Of a stretch of DNA of 64,000 bases, positions 57,301-63,586 are shown piece by piece. The notes beneath the pieces were generated by a model that saw nothing but the letters and a program-made list of their open reading frames with translations, was not told the origin of the DNA and made no database searches. The stretch is taken from NCBI GenBank assembly GCA_024639145.1, contig JAHEIZ010000014.1:4543-68542 (forward strand), written 5' to 3'. Both the position numbers and the translations under genes were made by a program. Source of the stretch: Actinomycetes bacterium. GTDB lineage: Bacteria > Actinomycetota > Actinomycetes > S36-B12. Positions within the stretch are counted from its first letter, which is position 1. Every line of letters starts with the position of its first letter.

Positions 57301-58131
57301 TCCGATTGGCGAGGTGTCCCAGGTCGCGTTCACTGAGTCATATCTCGTGAGAAAGAAGGATGACGTCGTGCCGTCACGACCGCCTGCATAGAGGTATCTG
57401 CCGTCGGAAGCCAGCGCACGCACGTTGTCGCCACCCCCGTTCGCGCTTACCCACGCCGTCCCGGACCATCGCGCCAAGTCGTAAACCCACGTCCCATTGA
57501 AGAATTCGAACGAACCTCCGGCGAAGAGGGACCCGGCGTGAAAGATCAAGCTGTATACCGAGGAAAGGCTGGAGAACTGGCTCCCCATTGCGGACCAGGA
57601 GGAACCATCCCACTTGGCTACGCCTGATGCCGCGACTCCGTCCATCGTCGACATGGAGCCGCCGGCAACATAGAGATTGCCCGACGAATCGAAGACGAGG
57701 GCATTCAGGCCATACGTGGTTCCGACACCTGACCCAACGGGTGCCCACGTGACGCCATCCCACACGGCGATGCTCTTCGCCGCCACCCCACCTGCTTGAG
57801 TGAACGTCCCGACCGCGTAGAGCTTGCCGTTGCGGAATGCCAAGTCATTCACATTGCCATTGACGCCGCTTCCCAGGGTCGACCAGGTGGATCCGTTCCA
57901 CATCGCCACCCGACTCGCACTCAAACCACCGGCAGCCGTGAAAGAGCCTCCGATGTAGATGTTGCCACTCGGGTCCGATGCGAGGGCGTACACGATTCCG
58001 TCAGTTCCTGCACCAACGGCGGACCAGCCTGCGGCAGCACTCGCAGGAGGCGCGACGACTGAAAGCCCGCAGAAGGCTAGAACGACGGTCATGGCGGCGA
58101 CGCACCACGAACTCCACGGGCCTCTTCGCAC
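54361..58131 (-). CDS. large secreted cell-envelope protein: signal peptide, beta-propeller, FN3-like domain, six Cys-pair Ig-like repeats, Gly-rich linker, FN3-like domain, C-terminal OmpA-like peptidoglycan-binding domain
   Basis: I place the start at GTG 58131 (VRRGPWSSWCVAAMTVVLAFCGLSVVAPPASAAA), which gives a signal peptide. The track start at 58374 would overlap the divergent regulator gene. Propeller blades repeat as G.V.AL..D..GN.Y.GG.F..AGG..A..IA.W.G..W. The C-terminus (PIYFNGGSAVLD...TRRARAAATYLVEQGV...DRRVEV) is OmpA_C-like. Confidence 0.8.
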   Translation of the reverse strand: MRRGPWSSWCVAAMTVVLAFCGLSVVAPPASAAAGWSAVGAGTDGIVYALASDPSGNIYIGGSFTAAGGLSASRVAMWNGSTWSTLGSGVNGNVNDLAFRNGKLYAVGTFTQAGGVAAKSIAVWDGVTWAPVGSGVGTTYGLNALVFDSSGNLYVAGGSMSTMDGVAASGVAKWDGSSWSAMGSQFSSLSSVYSLIFHAGSLFAGGSFEFFNGTWVYDLARWSGTAWVSANGGGDNVRALASDGRYLYAGGRDGTTSSFFLTRYDSVNATWDTSPIGNGGSDIYSLLSASTGTLYVGGTWGTFNGTSTRNIATWNGNTRVATAVGTGVSSYVYEMLEDSQGRIWAGGHFQEAGGVTAKYIAVWSDGRLAPTFSAPVRTSDGFTVNVTNYDAAYTWTPSISSATVSVGVASGSTLPLTITGLAAGVSRTLTVTASRTGYASASATVIGQAKSAQTVSWAPTTAITTSGSPLTPSSAATSNGDGAITYSKVSSTTTSCSVDSSTGALTYSGAGTCTVRATAAETAGYLAGTTDVTFTVSRVAQSVTWSPTGAVTTVQSPLTPSTPASALGGASISYSKVSNTTTSCSVDSSTGVLTYSGSGTCTVRATAAQSTNYDSGFTDVTFTISRATPTLTWNPSLSQEVPAGSTTFSAASTNSDGVITYAVTNAGSTGCSLPALSRTLAFSADGSCEVTATVAGTTDYNVITSVKTFAISKAAQTVTWSPPSTLSLASISVDLGPASTSGDGAISYSVTSAGGTGCAFADATRPVLTYASSGSCSVTATAASTAGYAQATSSTTLAISRAIPTVSWSPVTALAMPAATVAPAAATTTGDGSMTYAVTSDSGAGCSVNAGTGALTYAATGQCQVTATSVMTTRYSAGSTAATFTVALSPQSITATALSTSLQPGASTSLSVTGASGTGAITWTRTTGLGVCAVVGSTVTAVADGTCVITGGIAADIAYMAASSTVTITVTSPVVNGGTGGGGSGGTSDTGIPSRPNSSTAGVEVSNGSTESTDQTKVPGAATSTRGRTLPPRPRDVQVTPIPGGSRSTVRIRQPEGAAGSQVLATVVVVRDSRGAVVSRISIALEPGQSQATVTVPFVASGYLVNVYNVNEVGVSDGALRQSPLVRATTITARTSSGQPTLFGTVLGRPIYFNGGSAVLDARDRARLRAIAQVARVANERVFVTGFARRGAGPASELATLSTRRARAAATYLVEQGVRVWTRYWGAGSLNGSGSAGDRRVEVRTSALPIPRSLVP
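55225..56790 (-). repeat. six tandem coding repeats of about 85-88 codons (Ig-like, two conserved Cys each) inside the surface-protein gene
   Basis: The repeat consensus is ..TV(T/S)W.P........GDGAI(T/S)Y.V.......C.V...TG.LTY...G.C.V.AT.A....Y...T....F.I.. Unit borders fall near 56790, 56530, 56270, 56010, 55745, 55485 and 55225. Confidence 0.75.
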
Positions 58132-58255
58132 AAGCCCAGTAGGCGGGAGGTCGGACGGTTCATCAAGCGAACCCACCCGTACATCCACTATTGGGGGTGT
58201 AGGCCCCCATGCAGGCGAGTGTGAAGGACGCCCCGTCGACCACCGATGACATCCC

Positions 58256-58942
58256 GTGCAGAGTGAACTGATGGGATCAGCCGAGGAAGGGGCCAGCGTG
58301 GACTCGAACGGCACATGCGTCCTCGTCGTCGACGACGACGACTTCACTCGCACGCTCGTGACCTCACTCGTCACCTCCCTGGGCTACGAGGTCGCGGCCA
58401 GCGCCGAGGGCGTTCCGCAGGCGATGGCTCTCGCTCATGAGACACACCCGGCACTCGCCTTGCTCGATCTCGACCTCGGCGAGGGGCCCACGGGGATCGA
58501 CCTCGCCTACGGTCTGCGCAGGCTGAACCCGAGCATCGCCATAGTCATGCTCACCTCGTACGGCCACCCCACATGGATGGGACAGCGCCGCGAACCGCCG
58601 GTGGGCACTCGATACGTCGTCAAGGGAAAGCTCACCGACACCACCGTGCTGGCCGATGCACTCGCAGCAGCCCTGGCGCAACCTCTGATGCCTGAGACGT
58701 CCCTCCAGGTCGCTCCACCATTGAGCGATGGCCAGTGGGCGATCCTTCGCCTGGTCGCTGCCGGTTACACGAACGGCGAGATTGCCCGCAGACGATCGCT
58801 TACCGAGGATGCCGTCAACAAGTCCGTGTCGCGACTGGTGCGCCAGCTGGAAATCAACGTTGGCCCTTCCGGAAATGCACGCGTGCTCTTGACTCAGGCA
58901 TTTAACAAACTGACGGGAACAGTGAGTGAACGTCGCCATTAG
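58256..58942 (+). CDS. NarL/LuxR-family response regulator
   Basis: Has a receiver domain (VLVVDDDD...ALLDLDLG...VMLTS) and a LuxR HTH (LSDGQWAILRLVAAGYTNGEIARRRSLTEDAVNKSVSRL). The probable true start is GTG 58298, which has a GAGGAAGGGG RBS. Confidence 0.88.
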   Translation: MQSELMGSAEEGASVDSNGTCVLVVDDDDFTRTLVTSLVTSLGYEVAASAEGVPQAMALAHETHPALALLDLDLGEGPTGIDLAYGLRRLNPSIAIVMLTSYGHPTWMGQRREPPVGTRYVVKGKLTDTTVLADALAAALAQPLMPETSLQVAPPLSDGQWAILRLVAAGYTNGEIARRRSLTEDAVNKSVSRLVRQLEINVGPSGNARVLLTQAFNKLTGTVSERRH

Positions 58943-60620
58943 GCGCGGGGCGACTCAACTGATCGCCTTCGCCGCATTTTCTGCAGCAGTTCTCCTATCG
59001 AATTCCGAGACGATCAATCCGAAGAACGCACGTGCGTGGCTTGTCGCAGCTGCACTCACTGCCCTGGTGCCGGTGCTAGCACTCGATGTGGTGTGGTGGG
59101 TCAATAGACAAGTTCGTCAAGGACGTCGTCTATCCACTCGTGAGTCCATCCTGTTCTCCGTCCTCACGGCTACGGTATTTGCGCTTTCCGAACTGCTCAT
59201 CGCACGCGCCATGGGACTTGAATCCTCAACGCAACCTTTGGTCGGAGTGCTTGTCACCATCCTCGCTGTGTCGATGATCGGAATCGGCCTGATGGTTCTT
59301 ATGCAGGCGCGTCGATTCGAGGATGAGCGGCGCATGGCTCTGCTCGAAGAGGGCATTGCACTCGAACTCGCACGCCAGGAAGTCAGCGAGATCGTTCAGC
59401 GCATGCAGGTCGCGCTGCATACGGACATTGACGCTGCACTCGTGAACGCAAGGGTTGGGCTCGAGGAGCGATTGAAGGACCAGGAGCGAACGCTGGAGCA
59501 AGAGCACTGGCCAGCAATCGCCCAAGAGCTGAGATCTACTGCGGAAGACACGGTTCGGCCGCTGAGCAAATCCCTGTGGTCGCGCACGGTCATGCGGGAG
59601 TCCCGCCTTGGCTTTGTCGGCATTATTCGAAACATCCTGACGCAACAGCCATTTCGTCCGCTGACGGTCGTCGCGATTTACCTCCTCGCCGCAGCTGCCG
59701 AATCGATCACGATCCTTGGCTGGGCCGTGGGCTTGCTCTCGCTAGCCGTCGGGGTCGCCCTGATCGCCGTACTGCTCGCCACGGGCAACGCGGTCATGGC
59801 GCGTCATCCGGTTCATCACGCTTCGATCTTCGTCACGACGGTTGTCCTTGTCGAGATGACGGGGCTGCTCTCATTCCCTGTACGTGCTCGTTGGGGTTCC
59901 AGCGACTACACCTGGGGTGAGTTCATCGCGTCAGTGATCCTGGGCTCAATAGTGATCGTGGCCTCATCGGCTCTCGGATCAATTCGCACGCATCGAGACG
60001 ACATCGCACGAACCTTCCAGGCTGATATCGACCGCGAACTGATCGAGTCTCATGCGTCCAGCCGACAGGTGGCTCAGCTGGCTCGTGAATCCGCTCGCAT
60101 CCTGCACGGATCCGTGCAAACCCGCTTGATCGCCTGCGCGGTGGCTATTGAGCGCGCCACGGAGACAGATGATGTGACGGCTTTTCGCCTCGCCTTGCAA
60201 GAAGCGCACGAGGTGCTCACCACACCCCTCAGTTCGCCCCCGAGTCTTGACGTCGCTCTCCTCGATGAAGTCGAACGCAAAGTGTCGCTGTGGTCGAGTT
60301 TGTGCGCGATTGAGGTTCACCTCGACATGGCGCTCTCCGATGTTCGAGGGCGATTCGCTCGCGAAGTCGGTCGCGTGGTGGAGGAAGGCCTGAGCAACGC
60401 GATCCGCCACGGAGGCTCCTCTTCCATTCGCATCGACATTGCGAACTCTGCCGACAACGTGATCGTCCTCGTGGCGGACAACGGGATCGGGCCGACCGGC
60501 GGCAGACCTGGCCTGGGCTCTGCCGTGCTCGACGGCATCAGCGAGGAATGGTCCCTCACCCGCGAGGGAACAGGTGCAACGCTGAGAGTTCTGCTGCGTG
60601 CCGCTCCATTCGAGGCATAA
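58926..60620 (+). CDS. sensor histidine kinase (HisKA_3/NarX-like core) with two 4-TM blocks
   Basis: Has the H-box ARILHGSVQTRL, the N-box EEGLSNAIRHG and the G-box DNGIGP. About 8 hydrophobic helices are split by a roughly 110-aa charged helical segment. It overlaps the regulator gene by 17 nt. Confidence 0.85.
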   Translation: MNVAIRRGATQLIAFAAFSAAVLLSNSETINPKNARAWLVAAALTALVPVLALDVVWWVNRQVRQGRRLSTRESILFSVLTATVFALSELLIARAMGLESSTQPLVGVLVTILAVSMIGIGLMVLMQARRFEDERRMALLEEGIALELARQEVSEIVQRMQVALHTDIDAALVNARVGLEERLKDQERTLEQEHWPAIAQELRSTAEDTVRPLSKSLWSRTVMRESRLGFVGIIRNILTQQPFRPLTVVAIYLLAAAAESITILGWAVGLLSLAVGVALIAVLLATGNAVMARHPVHHASIFVTTVVLVEMTGLLSFPVRARWGSSDYTWGEFIASVILGSIVIVASSALGSIRTHRDDIARTFQADIDRELIESHASSRQVAQLARESARILHGSVQTRLIACAVAIERATETDDVTAFRLALQEAHEVLTTPLSSPPSLDVALLDEVERKVSLWSSLCAIEVHLDMALSDVRGRFAREVGRVVEEGLSNAIRHGGSSSIRIDIANSADNVIVLVADNGIGPTGGRPGLGSAVLDGISEEWSLTREGTGATLRVLLRAAPFEA

Positions 60621-60714
60621 GGGGACCCCCCGCACACCCATCAGAGCCCGCCTGCCCTTGCTGCCTTCCGGCCCTGGGGGGGTTCAGCGAGATGACGCCG
60701 CACGAGGGGTCGGC
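60621..60714 (-). ncRNA. ffs: signal recognition particle RNA (small, 4.5S-type)
   Basis: The minus strand reads ...GACCCCUCGUGCGGCGUCAUCUCGCUGAACCCCCCCAGGGCCGGAAGGCAGCAAGGGCAGGCGGGCUCUGAUGGGUGUGCGGGGGGUC... This is the conserved domain IV motif (AGGxCCGGAAGGxAGCA with a GGAA tetraloop) inside a long hairpin closed by GACCCC/GGGGUC. The ends are approximate. Confidence 0.78.
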
Positions 60715-60773
60715 ATAAGGGTACGCGGCAGGCGATTGGCTCACCAAGTGCCCCAACTTGTAGCCTCTCCCAC

Positions 60774-60858
60774 GGAGGATTCGCCTAGTGGCCTATGGCG
60801 CTCGCCTGGAACGCGGGTTGGGGGAAACCCCTCAGGGGTTCAAATCCCCTATCCTCCG
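60774..60858 (+). tRNA. tRNA-Ser (anticodon GGA)
   Basis: Reads GGAGGAT...CTCGC-CTGGAAC-GCGGG, followed by a long variable arm (TTGGGGGAAACCCCTCA), then GGGG-TTCAAAT-CCCC-T-ATCCTCC-G. This is a class II tRNA. Confidence 0.9.
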
Positions 60859-60869
60859 CGCTGATACGC

Positions 60870-60902
60870 AAGTGGGACGGACCGATTCGGTCCGTCCCAC
60901 TT
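60870..60902 (+). terminator. hairpin terminator after tRNA-Ser(GGA)
   Basis: AAGTGGGACGGACCG-ATT-CGGTCCGTCCCACTT forms a 15-bp perfect stem. Confidence 0.7.
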
Positions 60903-60923
60903 CGTGCTTGTAGGCTTTTCCGC

Positions 60924-61013
60924 GGTGGCGTGTCCGAGCGGCCAAAGGAGCACGCCTCGAAAGCGTGTGTGGGTGAAAGCTCACCGTGGGTTCAAATCCC
61001 ACCGCCACCGCCA
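60924..61013 (+). tRNA. tRNA-Ser (anticodon CGA)
   Basis: Reads GGTGGCG-TG-TCC-GAGCGGCCAAA-GGA-G-CACGC-CTCGAAA-GCGTG, followed by a long variable arm, then GTGGG-TTCAAAT-CCCAC-CGCCACC-G-CCA. Confidence 0.9.
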
Positions 61014-61052
61014 TGAGAACTGGGCATCCCGTATGGGGTGCCCAGTTCTCAT
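61014..61052 (+). terminator. hairpin terminator after tRNA-Ser(CGA)
   Basis: (A)TGAGAACTGGGCA...TGCCCAGTTCTCAT forms a 14-bp stem followed by TTCG. Confidence 0.7.
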
Positions 61053-61198
61053 TTCGATAGCGCGCGGGATTTGGGAGGAGCTCACGCAATGGGCGACGGT
61101 TGCGAAAACGTGCCCTGGCGCTGAATTCGTGTTCGACGTTCGCATCGAGGGAAATGCACTCCTGTAGCCTCACGGCAATGATGCGCGGAACGCAGGTG

Positions 61199-63079
61199 AT
61201 GGGTAACACCGACGCGTCTCGACGGTGGGTATTGCGCGTCTCCGCGCTCGCCATGGTGCTCACCACCGTGGCGGCATGCACGAATTCCCCGATTTCCTCG
61301 GCTCCTTCGGCCGACTCGATTGGGATGATCCGCGAGACCGACCAGGGCACCGCGCTCACGATTCCGGCTATGTGGGCTGCCAAGCAGAGCGACGGCTCGA
61401 TTGTCGGGGGCATCGAGCCTGCCGAGGTTCTCGTCGCGGTCAAGGGGGATGGTCAGTTCACTGTCGATCTCTCGACAATCGAGTCACGGGGAGCCGGCCC
61501 TCAATGGGAGGCGGCGACCGCTCAGGCAGCAGCAGTAGGAACCCTGCTCAGTGCATCGGATCCGTCGAAGATCGATCTCGGCTTCACGATCACCGGCCCC
61601 ATTGACGGGCCGTCGGCCGGCGGCCTCCTGACAGTCGGGGTGCTGGCGGCGATCAATCGCGATCCCCTACTTCCACACGTCACCATGACGGGCACCATCT
61701 CGCCGGACGGATCCATCGGTGCAGTCGGCTACGTGCCCACCAAGGTCGCCGCGGCTGCACAGGCGGGATACACGACGATCGTCGTGCCTTCGGGGCCGAT
61801 TCAGGTCACGAACGCTGATGGCTCAACGCAGCCGCTCGCCGAGTACGCGGCCACACTCGGCGTGAGAATCATCCCGGTGCGTACCGTGAACGAGGCGTAC
61901 AAGGAACTGACCGGCAGTGCCTACGTGCCCATCCCCGCGGTTCCCGTGGTGGCCTCGCCGCAGTCCGGCGCCGCCATCACCGCAACGACACGCACGATGC
62001 TCGCGCGACTCACCGCCGCAATCACGACGGCTCCGACCGGCACTGACGAGCAGGCCATTGCCCGGGCTCGGTCGGCGATTCCCCGGATGAAGGCGGCAAT
62101 GGCGAAGGGCGAGTGGGATCGCGCGTACGGTCTCGGTGCTTTCTCGTACCTGCGTCTGGCGCGCGAATCGGGCGCCGCACGCGTGGAATCAACGCTGTCG
62201 ACCTCGGGAATCGTGAAGGCGGAGATCGAACTTCGAGCGGCAACCACGGCTGCGCTGCAGGATGCGATCGAAGCCCGCGACTCCGCGATTGATTCCACGC
62301 CCCTGCTGCTCGAGAAGGCACTCGACCTACCGGGTGCGCTCGGTTGGGCGACGTACGCGATCGCCTCGTATCGGGGCATCCTGCTCGAACTTGATCAGCC
62401 GAATGACAAGGCCGCGTTGATCGCTGCAGGTCGCGTCCTCGCGGAAGAGTCCGCAGGAGTCAAGGACATGCTTCCCGACGCCTTGCAGGTGCTCAACGCC
62501 ATGCCCTCCCGCACATCGATCACCGCTGAGGAGCTTCGCTCCTTCCTCGCGGGCTATTCAGTTCTTCTGCGCAGTGCGGGCCAGGCGAACACCGATTATC
62601 TCGCGGCACTCATCGCACGATCGTGGGTCGCCGACGGCACGGTCAGCGATGACGGACTCATCGGCGCGAACCAGGTGCTGCAGTCGTCCGCCAGCAACGT
62701 GACGCCGGGTAGTGCAACAGAGGCCCTCGCGCAGTGCGCCGACGCTCTCACGTTCTATGTCGTCTCCAATGGACTTGTCTCCGGGCACCAGGCCTATGCG
62801 ATCACGGGCACCTCGAGCAGCCACTGGACCAGCCCGGTTCCCCTGGCGATCGACTCCGCTGTCGACACGGGTGCGGCAACCATCGAGGCCTACGGGGCCA
62901 TCCTTCGGGCGCGTGGGCTCACGGTCGGCTATCCGCTCTGGTCGTCCAGGTGGGGCAGGGCCGCCGCACTCGAGTACCGCGGACGCGCGGAGGCCACGGA
63001 TTCAGGCTGGCTCGCCCTGAACGAGACGTGGTACGACGCGGTGAGCATGTTCATGGTCAATGCCAAGACCCAGAGCTGA
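61199..63079 (+). CDS. secreted lipoprotein with Lon-type (S16) Ser-Lys peptidase domain and a long helical C-terminal domain of unknown function
   Basis: Has a signal/lipobox (RRWVLRVSALAMVLTTVAAC), the S16 catalytic Ser motif (ITGPIDGPSAGG), and the catalytic Lys context (IGAVGYVPTKVAAAAQAGYTTIVVP). The last roughly 390 aa have no motif I recognise. The start could also be ATG 61178/61181. Confidence 0.75.
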   Translation: MGNTDASRRWVLRVSALAMVLTTVAACTNSPISSAPSADSIGMIRETDQGTALTIPAMWAAKQSDGSIVGGIEPAEVLVAVKGDGQFTVDLSTIESRGAGPQWEAATAQAAAVGTLLSASDPSKIDLGFTITGPIDGPSAGGLLTVGVLAAINRDPLLPHVTMTGTISPDGSIGAVGYVPTKVAAAAQAGYTTIVVPSGPIQVTNADGSTQPLAEYAATLGVRIIPVRTVNEAYKELTGSAYVPIPAVPVVASPQSGAAITATTRTMLARLTAAITTAPTGTDEQAIARARSAIPRMKAAMAKGEWDRAYGLGAFSYLRLARESGAARVESTLSTSGIVKAEIELRAATTAALQDAIEARDSAIDSTPLLLEKALDLPGALGWATYAIASYRGILLELDQPNDKAALIAAGRVLAEESAGVKDMLPDALQVLNAMPSRTSITAEELRSFLAGYSVLLRSAGQANTDYLAALIARSWVADGTVSDDGLIGANQVLQSSASNVTPGSATEALAQCADALTFYVVSNGLVSGHQAYAITGTSSSHWTSPVPLAIDSAVDTGAATIEAYGAILRARGLTVGYPLWSSRWGRAAALEYRGRAEATDSGWLALNETWYDAVSMFMVNAKTQS

Positions 63080-63182
63080 GGAGCCGCACGCCGGTGAGTA
63101 ATCCGGGATGAAACCCCGTCCAAGGGTCGCCTACGATGAGAGCAGGCGCATCAACGACGACGCGCATCTTCGAAAGGCAGTG

Positions 63183-63479
63183 ATGACCAACCAAGAGCAG
63201 CCGGTGCACCTGAACAACCACCACACCGACACCCTCACGGCGATCTTCGCCCACCCCACCAGCCACAACGTTCGCTGGCACGACGCCATCAGCCTGCTCG
63301 AGGCCGTCGGCACCGTCGAGGAGAACCACAGCGGCAAGTTCAAGATCCACGTGGGCGACCAGATGGAGTTCTTCGACCGCCCCAAGGGCCACGACTGCGG
63401 CGAGCAGCAGGTCGTCGACTTCCGCAAGATGCTCAAGGCAGCCGGCTTCGAGCCGACCAAGCCGGGCCACGAGGACTAA
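63183..63479 (+). CDS. small conserved hypothetical protein (His-rich N-terminus)
   Basis: 98 aa (MTNQEQPVHLNNHHTDTLTAIFAHPTSHNVRWHD...). ATG 63183 has a GAAAGG sequence upstream, and a strong hairpin follows the gene. I recognise no motif. Confidence 0.55.
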   Translation: MTNQEQPVHLNNHHTDTLTAIFAHPTSHNVRWHDAISLLEAVGTVEENHSGKFKIHVGDQMEFFDRPKGHDCGEQQVVDFRKMLKAAGFEPTKPGHED

Positions 63480-63496
63480 TCCTCCGTTCGACTCCC

Positions 63497-63531
63497 GAAT
63501 CTCCCCGCCTGCACCTTGGGCGGGGAGATTC
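63497..63531 (+). terminator. hairpin terminator
   Basis: GAATCTCCCCGCC-N9-GGCGGGGAGATTC forms a 13-bp stem followed by GTCACTTTC. Confidence 0.65.
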
Positions 63532-63586
63532 GTCACTTTCGGGTCGATCGCCTGCCACGTACTGCCGACGTAAGTAAGTTGCGGGC

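Noticed and set aside
54312-60623. Short inverted match (CCCTATGC at 54312-54319 versus GCATAAGGG at 60615-60623) as terminal inverted repeats of a mobile element carrying the surface-protein/TCS segment
   Set aside because: The match is only 8-9 nt with an indel. There is no transposase or integrase and no target-site duplication flanking the segment. It is too weak to call a mobile element.
60832-61443. 203-aa minus-strand ORF spanning the tRNA-Ser region
   Set aside because: It overlaps two tRNA genes, their terminators, and the start of the S16 lipoprotein gene on the other strand. It has no coding-like features.
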